DNA of 64,000 nucleotides from an uncultured Bdellovibrionales bacterium (lineage in GTDB: Bacteria; Bdellovibrionota_C; UBA2361; SZUA-149; CAZDIO01). Location of the stretch: assembly GCA_964505555.1 (NCBI GenBank), contig CAZDIO010000102.1, forward strand, positions 13,355-77,354, read 5' to 3'. Below the pieces are notes generated by a model, which searched no databases, was not told where the DNA came from, and saw only the letters and a list, made by a program, of their open reading frames with translations. Numbering within the stretch: the stretch's first letter is position 1; every line of letters begins with the position of its first letter. This document shows, in pieces, positions 20,102 through 29,501 of the stretch. The position numbers were made by a program, and so were the translations under genes.

Positions 20102-21352
20102 TCACAGTAACAAAATTACGTTACCACTAAAGAGCATTACTATAAAAAAAACACTGGGAATCAATGGTGCCCACCTTTCGCAAACACCTACTTTTAAAAG
20201 CAACTGCGAATTCAAAATGATTGCAAAGAGAATAAAGAACGCTCCTAATTGCAACAATAGTCGTCCTTGAATTGCTAACTCCGTAGTGAGCGCAAGGGGA
20301 AGGTATGTCGATACAAGGAGCACTGGAGTAGCAAAAAGAATCAATCGAGAGACACCAGGACAGATAGTCTTCCCGCTTAGTTCCATTCCAAAGACTGCTC
20401 CAAAAAGTGCTAAAATATATGCCATCATCAAGGAGACTAAATACCACTCGGGAAGACTTCCAAGCTGTCGCCATCCACCCCAGGTCGTTCTCCATACGTA
20501 AGGAAGCTCCTTGATACGGCGTTTTGTTAGTTCTTCATTGAAGTATGCTCCAGGAATCTCAAGCGTTCCCTCTCCTTTAAATGTTGAGCGCATCAGCGCT
20601 AAGTGATCTTTACCAGCAAGAATATGTCCATTCCCAAGTTCTTTATATACCCAAAAATGAAACCAACCAGAAAATACGAGGGGAAGAGCAAGAGCAAGAC
20701 CGATGCTTCGCCATTTGAAAGAAAATTTCTCTGATCCTTTTACCATGCGATAAAGAAAAACTCCCAAGAGAAGAACTCCCACAGGAAAAGTGTTGTATTT
20801 TGCATGAGCAATCAGCGAAAGTGCTAATCCAACAAGAACTCCCTCTCGGAGATGGAACTTCGTGGTTTGCACTACACGAAAGAGAACAACTATTCCAAAT
20901 GTCGCGGCACAGATTGAAAATGAATCTGCATTTATGTAACCATGAATATAGCGAAGTTGAGGGATTAAGTTAATGCTTAGCGCTGATAATAACGATACGG
21001 TTTTTGAATAAAATATCTGCTGCGTTAGCGCTAAACAGAGAAAAAATTGAATCAATGCATAGACACAGCCTCCTAGTCGAATTACGGTTCTCTTTGAAGC
21101 GGTATCTACGTGTTTTGATATCCAAGCAAAGGGAAGATAGATCAGATACGGCACAGGAGAAAATAAATGATAGGCATGTCCACGATGTGTTCCGTACTGA
21201 GTATCTTTCCAAGAAGCAAGCCGTAATTGAACAGCATAATGCTCTACCATATGGAGGTGATTCCCCTCATCCGGAGCATCCTTTATACGAAAGGCTAAAA
21301 AGGCCGATATTGAGACTACCAAAAAACACGCCACCAGTATTGAACCCTTCAT
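20102..21352 (-). CDS. Polytopic membrane protein (GT-C-like candidate), last gene of a four- or five-gene minus-strand operon
   Basis: 416 aa with more than 10 TM segments. The start overlaps the upstream gene by 4 nt. Confidence 0.3.
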   Translation of the reverse strand: MKGSILVACFLVVSISAFLAFRIKDAPDEGNHLHMVEHYAVQLRLASWKDTQYGTHRGHAYHLFSPVPYLIYLPFAWISKHVDTASKRTVIRLGGCVYALIQFFLCLALTQQIFYSKTVSLLSALSINLIPQLRYIHGYINADSFSICAATFGIVVLFRVVQTTKFHLREGVLVGLALSLIAHAKYNTFPVGVLLLGVFLYRMVKGSEKFSFKWRSIGLALALPLVFSGWFHFWVYKELGNGHILAGKDHLALMRSTFKGEGTLEIPGAYFNEELTKRRIKELPYVWRTTWGGWRQLGSLPEWYLVSLMMAYILALFGAVFGMELSGKTICPGVSRLILFATPVLLVSTYLPLALTTELAIQGRLLLQLGAFFILFAIILNSQLLLKVGVCERWAPLIPSVFFIVMLFSGNVILLL

Positions 21353-22146
21353 AGCATCTCCAAGGAAACTCGGTGAATGACTGCTTTTGTTTTTGTTTCG
21401 CTAGTACTGCGATGAATAAGATCGATTATGACCTCTTTACTTTTTGTTCCTTTCCTTTGTTCTTCATTGAGATCAAAGCGAAAGTCTAATCGAAAGGGGT
21501 TTTCTACTACACGTTTTAAAGTAAATGAGCTTTGCTCGATCGCCCGATTATGACTCTTCACCGCGATCTCAATTACGCTTTCATTTTTCTTATTTCTGAC
21601 AAATGCCTCCACAGAAAAACGATACGACCCCTCTGTAAGAACGTAATGAAATTGTCGATGCTCATTCACATTCAGCATCGTACTTTCATAAAGCGGCGAA
21701 TAGAGAAACGGTCGGCTATATTCGATAGGAATCTCCTCTCCAGAACGAAGAGGAGTAAGCGCGGCTTTTTCCAGATCAAAAAAGACAAGATGCCAGTTTT
21801 TAAAAGTACTCGTATGAGACGAAACGTCAGGGAATTGTTGTAAAACATCTTCTCTCATTATCGCTGCAGGGACTTGATGAACTGAGAAAAATTGTAGGGA
21901 GAGCCTCTCCTCATGATACAAGACCGGAGTAATTTTCTGATTGAGAAACGATGAGACCTGATCTCTCATTTCAAATGGTATTCCTACCCGAGCGGGTTCC
22001 TTCAAGGATACTTTGGATAAAAGGTTTTTGGTAATCTGCTGGTAGATATGTTTGTTCCATGCATGAGACCCAACAACACTCAAGGCAATGGCAAAAACAA
22101 AAAGAATGAAGAGATCAATTAAATAGAGATAACCCGTTTTGCTCAT
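21349..22146 (-). CDS. Membrane-anchored hypothetical protein (N-terminal TM, extracytoplasmic domain)
   Basis: A single N-terminal TM (YLYLIDLFILFVFAIALSVV). No recognisable motif. It is tightly packed between the sulfatase gene and the membrane-protein gene. Confidence 0.4.
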   Translation of the reverse strand: MSKTGYLYLIDLFILFVFAIALSVVGSHAWNKHIYQQITKNLLSKVSLKEPARVGIPFEMRDQVSSFLNQKITPVLYHEERLSLQFFSVHQVPAAIMREDVLQQFPDVSSHTSTFKNWHLVFFDLEKAALTPLRSGEEIPIEYSRPFLYSPLYESTMLNVNEHRQFHYVLTEGSYRFSVEAFVRNKKNESVIEIAVKSHNRAIEQSSFTLKRVVENPFRLDFRFDLNEEQRKGTKSKEVIIDLIHRSTSETKTKAVIHRVSLEML

Positions 22147-22152
22147 AAGATT

Positions 22153-24027
22153 CTACGGAACCCCAGCGAAAAGTGCTGGGTCAAACCCCTTTGCTGTAAG
22201 GTGCCCGAGTAAGAATCCTCTCATTTCTTCTCCTGAAGGGATTTCTTTTTTGGGACATGAAGCAGTGTGTCCTTTGATGTGCTTAGTAACAAAGCGTTTT
22301 TTTCTAAAATCGAGTTGAAATATCTGATCACAAACCACACTACCAATCGAGCCGATACTCTGTATCGGGGAAAGTGAGGGGAACTTCTCAAATCCTCTAT
22401 TGCCCCGCCTGTGAAATGCACTATTTGAAGCAACACTAATGATTGGGCGTTGTTTCCCTTCTCCATTTTTGAGTAACGACTCTCCTTCCATCCAGTGGGG
22501 CTTTTCAATACCAAGATAGTCCAAGATAGTCGGCGCAATATCTAAGTTCTGAACATTCCGGGTTATTCTTCCCTGATATGTTTTTTTCGGGAACCGGACG
22601 AGTAAGGGAAGTCTTTCATCTGTTTTAAAACCCTTTCCATGATCGGTATGCACAATAAGTAAGGTATCTTCTAAAAGATCTTCTTTTATTAGCAACGAAA
22701 CCATCTGCTCTAGATAGTGATCAAAATCAAGAATGGCGTCATCATAAAAATCTCTCATCCATTCCTTTGTCTGCTCCCTTCCTCCTGAGAACATTTGGGT
22801 GGTTGGAAGATACTTTGGTCCATGGGTTCCGATAAGATGGAGATGAATAAAAAAGGGGCGCGGCAGACGGGTGATGTTTTTTAAAACTAACTCTATCCTT
22901 TCGGGATCCAGTTGATGAATATAGTTTGCCTGCACGACCTGATCGTACTCGTTAATCATGTTTCGAATTCCGTACGCATGAAACAGCCGATCTTCAAGTC
23001 GGTGATAGATCTGACTTAGAAAATACTCAACAAGTCCAAATCGCTTAAAAAAACTAAATTTTGTCTCACGGATCTGTCGATTATTTGCCTCATCAAATGC
23101 ATCCCTCATTCCCAGATCGTAAGGGTCAGCATAGTGCCTCATACTAATATCGACGTTGTAGTACCCTTGGCGACGAAGAATTCCGGGGAGATGTTCATAC
23201 GCGGCACTTCCTCGCAAAATATCAGGGGGATAGAGAAGCTTTGTCTCAGTAGGAAGTTTCCCAGTAAGAATCGAAGCTAGTGAGCACCCGGTATTAGCGC
23301 AATTGGTAAATGCATTTTCAAAAACGAGACTCTCCTCACCAAGTTTTTGAAGATACTCCGTCGTTTTTCGTTCATACCCATAGAGCGATAAATTCGATGC
23401 ATTTAAACCATCAGAGGAGATAAGCATAATATTTGGAAGTAAATCGTGAGGAGAATTTTTTGGGTGCGAAGTTTCATTCAATGCTATTGAGCCCCCACGA
23501 AAGTTTGAAACACAGAGGATTCCTAAAGAGAGAACGAAGAACGAAAGTGCCACTCTATGCTGAACTTTTAAAGATCGTTCTTCGCCGTCGTTTTTAGCCA
23601 TCGTTCTATAGATTCCAAAAAACAAAACGATAAACAGCCCCCCATAGAGAAATCGCCAAGAACCTGCGGTAGAGATTACCCCGAGATGAAATACTGAATA
23701 AGTGAAATTATCGATTAAAAGAAATATTGAGGAGGTAAGCACCACGGCTGAAAAAATCGTCACCAACGTAACGATTCTTTTTTTCCCAAAAAACACGGCG
23801 AGAGGAAGAGAGAAGACAAGAAGAAACAGTGCTCCAAAAAAAATCCCCACAAGGGGGGAGAGCGAAAGAACAAGGAGCTTTTCACCCCATGAGACAGGGG
23901 AGAGAAACGATGGTTTGGTTACAAAAAATAACCACTCCATCGAGACAAGAAAATAACAACTGAGAATCGCTGGAGAAGTTAACAGAATAATTCGTTTGAC
24001 ATTCACTTCGCAAACTGGCGCACGCAC
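22153..24027 (-). CDS. Membrane-anchored sulfatase / alkaline-phosphatase-superfamily transferase (LtaS/EptA/OpgB-like)
   Basis: An N-terminal block of about 5 TM segments, then a sulfatase-type domain (MLISSDGLN...; HLIGTHGPKY metal or nucleophile region). Confidence 0.7.
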   Translation of the reverse strand: MRAPVCEVNVKRIILLTSPAILSCYFLVSMEWLFFVTKPSFLSPVSWGEKLLVLSLSPLVGIFFGALFLLVFSLPLAVFFGKKRIVTLVTIFSAVVLTSSIFLLIDNFTYSVFHLGVISTAGSWRFLYGGLFIVLFFGIYRTMAKNDGEERSLKVQHRVALSFFVLSLGILCVSNFRGGSIALNETSHPKNSPHDLLPNIMLISSDGLNASNLSLYGYERKTTEYLQKLGEESLVFENAFTNCANTGCSLASILTGKLPTETKLLYPPDILRGSAAYEHLPGILRRQGYYNVDISMRHYADPYDLGMRDAFDEANNRQIRETKFSFFKRFGLVEYFLSQIYHRLEDRLFHAYGIRNMINEYDQVVQANYIHQLDPERIELVLKNITRLPRPFFIHLHLIGTHGPKYLPTTQMFSGGREQTKEWMRDFYDDAILDFDHYLEQMVSLLIKEDLLEDTLLIVHTDHGKGFKTDERLPLLVRFPKKTYQGRITRNVQNLDIAPTILDYLGIEKPHWMEGESLLKNGEGKQRPIISVASNSAFHRRGNRGFEKFPSLSPIQSIGSIGSVVCDQIFQLDFRKKRFVTKHIKGHTASCPKKEIPSGEEMRGFLLGHLTAKGFDPALFAGVP

Positions 24028-25436
24028 GAATAGAGAATTCTTGTGTTTGACTGAAGCTGTTCTTTCTTTTCAATACGATAATACTTACTCAAACAAGTTT
24101 CAAAATTCTCAATACTATAGTCCCAATAGATGTCCTCTTTATTCTGGAGGAGTCTTTTTACCATTACATCTTCTTTGGTGACAAACTCGATCACGAGATC
24201 TGATTCGAGAGTTGAAAGCCACTGAACAAGCTCATCAAGAGGAATATTTGCAGAGATCACCAGGTGATGAATCAATGCGAGTGCTAAGATGAGTTCCGGT
24301 TTTTCTCGATTGGTGATGCTCTTTCGTTCTAATCCACGCCAACCAAGATTCGGTGAAGGATCAGAGATATCAGAAACTAACGGAAGAATTTTTCTATTCC
24401 CCTCCTCCGCAAGTTGTCGATACAAACGCTCTATCGAGAGATGATCACTATCAAAAGCAACTACGTAGTCCGCGTTCTTTGCAGCAATTCGTGAATACCT
24501 TCCCGTATTGCACCCAAGATCCCACACAAGGTGTCGATGCTTCTGACTTACTACCGTATCAACAAATCGCACCTTTGCTTGATCATCTGCATCGGTATAG
24601 CTTGTCTGCGTAACATAATCTGCCCACACGGAGGTAGATTCCTTCCAAGTCAACGAGGAAACAAGTGCTCGTAACCGTTTTGCGTTTGCCTGAATAAGCT
24701 CGTGATGAAACCCTGCGGCTTTTAATTCGGCTTTTATATTTGTCTTTGTTCCAGAAAGTGCGTTTTTTAATTTATTATGGAGATAGACATGCTTAAAAAC
24801 GCCTCCTTTAAAAAGATCAAAGAAGCCAAGTAAGCGGTTCATCTCTTCAATTTCAATCCCATCGAGTCTCCCTCGGAGCCATCGTTGAAAAGAAACGTTC
24901 TTATACGCCTGAAGAAACAGCGGATAGAGAAACAATTGACAGAACTGTCGGTACCCTGCCCAGGGAGTTCCCGGTTGCCATTTTTCAAAGGAACAAACAT
25001 CAATAAATACTGGGAGGCACCCTTGCCATTGAACATTAAAAGAAGAGGCATCTTTTAATGTCATCTGCTCCTTGAGCGCAGCAATCAAGAGATCAAGCTG
25101 CAAAAGTGCTGCAGCTTTGAGCATGCTAAAGCTCCATTCATACGGATAAGAAAGAAAGGGAATTCGTTCATGTCGTAACACTCCGTGCCATTCTTGGTCG
25201 AAGCGCACTCCCTCAAACGTCGCCTCTTTAGTAGCAACAAGCTGACCGGTGTTAAGAAAGCTCTGAAAGAAATGTGTCTTTTTTAGAAAGAGAAAATCAT
25301 CGTATGCTTTCTTACTCAGCACCCGATAAACTTCCCCATCCCGATAGACAACCCTCCCTTCTCGATCACGAAAGGAGCCCGGCTCATAGATTAATTCTGG
25401 AGCGCTTTCTACGCTTTTCACTCCGAGGACAGACAT
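24003..25436 (-). CDS. Two-domain protein: unknown N-terminal domain (about 270 aa) fused to a class I SAM-dependent methyltransferase
   Basis: C-terminal motif I VWDLGCNTGRYSRIAAKNADYVVAFDSD. It overlaps the sulfatase gene by 25 nt. Confidence 0.5.
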   Translation of the reverse strand: MSVLGVKSVESAPELIYEPGSFRDREGRVVYRDGEVYRVLSKKAYDDFLFLKKTHFFQSFLNTGQLVATKEATFEGVRFDQEWHGVLRHERIPFLSYPYEWSFSMLKAAALLQLDLLIAALKEQMTLKDASSFNVQWQGCLPVFIDVCSFEKWQPGTPWAGYRQFCQLFLYPLFLQAYKNVSFQRWLRGRLDGIEIEEMNRLLGFFDLFKGGVFKHVYLHNKLKNALSGTKTNIKAELKAAGFHHELIQANAKRLRALVSSLTWKESTSVWADYVTQTSYTDADDQAKVRFVDTVVSQKHRHLVWDLGCNTGRYSRIAAKNADYVVAFDSDHLSIERLYRQLAEEGNRKILPLVSDISDPSPNLGWRGLERKSITNREKPELILALALIHHLVISANIPLDELVQWLSTLESDLVIEFVTKEDVMVKRLLQNKEDIYWDYSIENFETCLSKYYRIEKKEQLQSNTRILYSCVRQFAK

Positions 25437-25441
25437 ATAAA

Positions 25442-25705
25442 CTACTTTGAAGCGGCCCGTTTTGGAGTTTGGTTTTCATCCTCAGAAGAGAGTTCCTCAT
25501 TGGAGGCATCCTTACTTCCCTTTGAGTGAAAAAATCCCATAATCCTCCCCCAGAACAATTTAAAAACAACTCCCGCTCCTGCAACACCAGCAAGGATAGC
25601 TTGTAGCAAAATACTTCCCGTTCCTGGATCAAGATAAGCAAACGCTTTGGTGGGATAGAACAGAGGAGAGAAAACAAATAGGGCTATTAAGAACAATACT
25701 CTCAT
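25442..25705 (-). CDS. Small membrane or secreted protein heading the operon
   Basis: 87 aa. N-terminal hydrophobic segment MRVLFLIALFVFSPLF, a conserved-looking AYLDPGTGS motif, a Gly/Ala-rich TM segment, and an acidic, Ser-rich tail. Confidence 0.35.
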   Translation of the reverse strand: MRVLFLIALFVFSPLFYPTKAFAYLDPGTGSILLQAILAGVAGAGVVFKLFWGRIMGFFHSKGSKDASNEELSSEDENQTPKRAASK

Positions 25706-25788
25706 AGAAAGCTCCGCAATTTAGTAATTGAACCTAAGCCCTACAAATTTTTAGAAGCATAGTCAAGATATTCGGTCTCCTGCCGCCG

Positions 25789-26904
25789 ATGTATTTGCGA
25801 AGACACTATGGAAACACTGTGGAGCCCCTAAGATTCTTGAAGTTTATACTGATGGAAGCTATAAAAGCCCAAATGAAAGTGGTAATTCAGATCCCCTGCT
25901 TCAATGAAGCAAGCACTCTTCCCCTTGTTTTTAACGACATGCCTCGTTCTATTCCTGGAGTCGATATCCTCGAGTATCAGATCATTGATGATGGCTCTAC
26001 AGATGGAACCGCTGAGGTTGCTCGTAAATTAGGTGTCCATTATGTCGTAAATGTTGGTTCGCCAAATCGTCGATGGCTTGGAAGGGCATTTAAGTTAGGG
26101 ATTGATAATGCACTCAAAAATGGCGCGGACATCGTTGTCAACACTGATGGAGATAACCAGTATCCATCGTTTCTTATCCCAACACTCATCGAACCGATCC
26201 TCAATGGACGCGCTGACATCGTCATCGGAGATAGAGATCCGGGAGCTGTTGAAGAGTTTTCTATGCTCAAACGTTTCTTACAAAGACTCGGAAACCGCAC
26301 TATCCAGTATTTGACAGGAGAGCCTGCGCGAGATGCCGTCAGTGGCTTTCGTGCCTACAGTAGAGAGGCACTTTTAAAACTTCATGTTTTTACAAACTAT
26401 ACCTACACGGTAGACACCTTGATCCAGGCGAGAAAAAAAGGTTTAGAGATCGCCTGGATAAAAGCAAGCCCGAATAGAAAAACGCGAGATTCCCGATTAA
26501 TTACGAGTTTAAGCAGTAAGGTGCGGAAATCTGTGGCAACAATTCTCCGGCTGACTACTGTGTATGAGCCCTTTAAAACATTTTTATTTTTTAGCATCGC
26601 TTTCTTGCTTCCTGGGCTTCTCCTCTTGTCTCGATTTGGGTACTACTATTTCTTTGTGCCATTTGAGGCTAAGGGGCATATCCAATCGGTAGTAGTAGGA
26701 TGTGTGCTCATTGTAATCGCTGTGCAGATGTTTGTACTTGGGATATTAGCGGATCTGCTTGCTGTCAATCGACACTTCGTTGAAGAGCTCTTGACCCGAA
26801 TGCGACGTCTTGAAATTACAATCGAAAAATCTCATAAGTTCCCAGAAGCAAAAGAGCACGGATTAACACAAACCGAGAACGAAAAATTACGCATTAACGC
26901 TTAA
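25789..26904 (+). CDS. GT2 polyprenyl-phosphate glycosyltransferase with C-terminal TM anchor (GtrB/ArnC-like). The true start is probably the internal Met (MEAIKAQMKVVI...).
   Basis: VVIQIPCFNEASTLP...IIDDGSTDGT catalytic domain plus two C-terminal TM helices, as in GtrB/ArnC. Confidence 0.8.
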   Translation: MYLRRHYGNTVEPLRFLKFILMEAIKAQMKVVIQIPCFNEASTLPLVFNDMPRSIPGVDILEYQIIDDGSTDGTAEVARKLGVHYVVNVGSPNRRWLGRAFKLGIDNALKNGADIVVNTDGDNQYPSFLIPTLIEPILNGRADIVIGDRDPGAVEEFSMLKRFLQRLGNRTIQYLTGEPARDAVSGFRAYSREALLKLHVFTNYTYTVDTLIQARKKGLEIAWIKASPNRKTRDSRLITSLSSKVRKSVATILRLTTVYEPFKTFLFFSIAFLLPGLLLLSRFGYYYFFVPFEAKGHIQSVVVGCVLIVIAVQMFVLGILADLLAVNRHFVEELLTRMRRLEITIEKSHKFPEAKEHGLTQTENEKLRINA

Positions 26905-26923
26905 GGAAAAAAGGAGAGGAAAA

Positions 26924-27412
26924 ATGTTTCGCTCAAAGTTTACAAAGAAGGTGCTGGTAATTCTCATCATCGTTTTTTTATTGAGTGGTTGTAGTAGCAT
27001 GCGCTCAGCAAAGCCAACACGAGAGATGCAGATTGCCGTAGCCCTGGTCGCCTTTGAGTACCTTAATAACGTCATTCAAACCAATATCGGCTATCTTCAA
27101 TCTGCGGTGGTCTGGGATGATTATTCAAAAAATATTGGGGTCTCCAAAGATCAGTACCGTTCTCAGTTAGCATTACTTCGAGACACCTCCACTCCGACAA
27201 CTCACCCCCTGGTGGATCTCGATCTTGTTGAGACAAAAATTCATGGTGACGATGCAGAGGTTCTTGTTCAAAAGCATAAACAACCAGATGCCCCGATAAT
27301 TTCAATCAAGCTTCACTGGTCAGGGGAAGCTTGGTTAGTGGTTGAAGATTCGATTTTTGGAAGAAACGGACTTATCGCAACTCACGCTGCAAAAAACAAA
27401 ACGGTAAGTTAA
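26924..27412 (+). CDS. Lipoprotein of unknown function
   Basis: Signal peptide with lipobox LLSGCSS. 162 aa. Confidence 0.5.
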   Translation: MFRSKFTKKVLVILIIVFLLSGCSSMRSAKPTREMQIAVALVAFEYLNNVIQTNIGYLQSAVVWDDYSKNIGVSKDQYRSQLALLRDTSTPTTHPLVDLDLVETKIHGDDAEVLVQKHKQPDAPIISIKLHWSGEAWLVVEDSIFGRNGLIATHAAKNKTVS

Positions 27413-27421
27413 GTATTCCGA

Positions 27422-29185
27422 GTGTCACTTCTTTACCGCGATCTTCGGAGCTTTCTCCAAGCACTTCAAAAAGAAAAGGTGCTTGTGGAGATTCATGCGC
27501 CAGTGGACCCACACTTAGAGCTTGCAGAAATTCATCGCAGAGTTATCGAACAAAACGGACCTGCTCTTTTATTTACTCAGGTAAAAGGAGGTCGTTATCC
27601 GGTTGTTACAAATCTCTTTGGAACAAAAAAACGGGTGGATCTCGCCTTTGGTCAAAACGGTCCTGCTCTTGTTCAGCAAGCCGTAGAGCTCGTATGGGAG
27701 CTTTTTCCCCCAAGCTACTCAGCACTTTGGGAGAAACGAAATCTGCTCAAACAATTCTTCTCTTTGGGCAGCGACTCAATTAAAAATGCTCCTGTCCTTG
27801 AGGTCCATGAAAGCCCGCCAATGTTATCTCAGCTCCCTCTTCTTACCACCTGGGAACAAGATGGTGGACCGTTTATAACACTCCCTCTCGTGTACACTGA
27901 GCACCCAGAGACTGGCATTTCAAATCTCGGCATCTATCGCATGCAGCGCTACGACGATCAAACCACCGGGATGCATATGCAGATCGGAAAAGGCGGGGGA
28001 TTTCATCTTGCCCGTGCAAAAGAGTTAGGGAAAAAACTCCCGGTGAATGTTTTTGTAGGAGGCGCCCCAGCAACAATTCTTGCCGCTATTGCTCCATTAC
28101 CTGAAAATATCCCAGAGATTCTCCTTGCCTCGTTTGTGCTTGGGGAAAAGCTTCGTGTTACAAAAAACCCTGCTGGTTCCCTACCCCTCTTTGCGGATGC
28201 GGAGTTTGCGCTTACAGGTTTTGTTGATCCTTTAGAAACTCTTCCAGAAGGACCATTTGGTGATCACTACGGGTATTATTCGCTCAAGCATGATTTCCCC
28301 GTATTTCGTTGCCAGTCAGTATTTCATCGAAAAGACGCGATCTATCCGGCAACCGTCGTTGGAAAACCACGACAGGAGGATTTTTTTATTGGCGATTACT
28401 TACAGGAACTCCTCGCCCCAATTTTTCCAATCGTCATGCCCACGATAAAAAATATCTGGAGTTACGGCGAAACCGGTTTTCATTCCCTTGCTGCTGCCGT
28501 AATTACAGAACGTTATAAGAGAGAAGCAATGGTCAGCGCTTTTCGAATCCTTGGAGAAGGTCAGTTGTCACTAACAAAGTTTCTCCTTCTTGTTGATCAA
28601 GCACTTGATTTAAAAGATTTCCGCTCTGTCTTTGAGCATGTTCTTGAACGAGCAGATTTTCGCTCCGATCTCTACGTATTTTCTCACACTTCGATGGATA
28701 CTCTTGATTATACCGGTCCAAGACTCAATGAAGGGAGTAAAGGGGTGCTCCTCGGAATTGGAAACCCAATTCGTTCACTCCCTGCTGAGTTTCATGAAAC
28801 ACCACCAAATGATATTGATGCCGTTTTTGTGTTTTGCCGGGGATGTCTTGTCATCAGTGGACCAAGCTACACTGCGGATAAAGATGCTCCCCAACGTCTT
28901 GCAAATCATCCCGCATTTTCAAAGTGGCCAATAATAGTCCTCTGCGATAACGCTGAATTTACTGCAAAAGAAAGTAGCTCATTTCTTTGGAGTACGTTTA
29001 CTCGATTTGAGCCCGCTTCAGATATCTATGCAAAGCAGGTATCTCTTCGAGCTTTACATCCAAGTTTTGAATCTCCGATCGTCATTGATTCGCGAATGAA
29101 GCCAAATTATCCTGAAGAACTTTTTTGTGATCCAAACACAAAAAAACTCGTCGACGATCGCTGGTCGGAATACTTTAAAAGCTAG
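27422..29185 (+). CDS. UbiD-family (prenylated-FMN-dependent) decarboxylase
   Basis: N-terminus DLRSFLQALQKEKVLVEIHAPVDPHLELAEIHRRV and GGPFITLPLVYTEHPETGISNLGIYRMQ match UbiD-family architecture. 587 aa. Confidence 0.7.
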   Translation: MSLLYRDLRSFLQALQKEKVLVEIHAPVDPHLELAEIHRRVIEQNGPALLFTQVKGGRYPVVTNLFGTKKRVDLAFGQNGPALVQQAVELVWELFPPSYSALWEKRNLLKQFFSLGSDSIKNAPVLEVHESPPMLSQLPLLTTWEQDGGPFITLPLVYTEHPETGISNLGIYRMQRYDDQTTGMHMQIGKGGGFHLARAKELGKKLPVNVFVGGAPATILAAIAPLPENIPEILLASFVLGEKLRVTKNPAGSLPLFADAEFALTGFVDPLETLPEGPFGDHYGYYSLKHDFPVFRCQSVFHRKDAIYPATVVGKPRQEDFFIGDYLQELLAPIFPIVMPTIKNIWSYGETGFHSLAAAVITERYKREAMVSAFRILGEGQLSLTKFLLLVDQALDLKDFRSVFEHVLERADFRSDLYVFSHTSMDTLDYTGPRLNEGSKGVLLGIGNPIRSLPAEFHETPPNDIDAVFVFCRGCLVISGPSYTADKDAPQRLANHPAFSKWPIIVLCDNAEFTAKESSSFLWSTFTRFEPASDIYAKQVSLRALHPSFESPIVIDSRMKPNYPEELFCDPNTKKLVDDRWSEYFKS

Positions 29186-29232
29186 AACCATCCTACGGCC
29201 ATTAAATTAAGGATCTGAAAGAAAGATCTATA

Positions 29233-29305
29233 GAACCACAGAGACACAGAGCCGCAGAGAAGATTAATAAAATCCCTTTCCTCTGTGTCTCTGCGCCTCT
29301 GTGGT
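29233..29305. repeat. Palindromic repeat, family B copy 1 (core aaccacagagacacagagccgcagagaag ... cctctgtgtctctgcgcctctgtggtt). Conserved flanks extend the unit to about 29215-29335.
   Basis: Read directly. A second copy with the same arms and flanks is at 63098-63189. Confidence 0.8.
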
Positions 29306-29353
29306 TTAATAAAGAATCTTTAACTTAATGGCCGTGAGAATCCTCCTAACGTT

Positions 29354-29427
29354 AGCTGTAACAAGAACCCCGGTCGTTGCGAGCCGGGAAACCTCCGCTC
29401 GCAACGACAGGGGTTCTTGTTACAGCT
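29354..29427. repeat. Near-perfect 31-nt-arm palindrome, family C copy 1 (agctgtaacaagaaccccggtcgttgcgagc ... gctcgcaacgacaggggttcttgttacagct)
   Basis: Read directly, one mismatch between arms. It shares the motif gctcgcaacgacagg with elements at 56134-56235 and 59767-59782. The flanking motif ctaaagtggaa recurs at about 34950. Confidence 0.8.
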
Positions 29428-29501
29428 AAAGTGGAATTGCTTTTAGTGTTTAAAATCTTATCGTGAGGACGCGTTGACTAGTGCTAGAACAACTCGAATG
29501 T

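Noticed and set aside
21004-21354. A 116-aa plus-strand ORF antisense to the 416-aa membrane-protein gene. Similar shadow ORFs occur at 12069..12362, 17826..18098, 7519..7827 and elsewhere.
   Set aside because: It is fully embedded antisense within longer, better-supported genes. No independent support.
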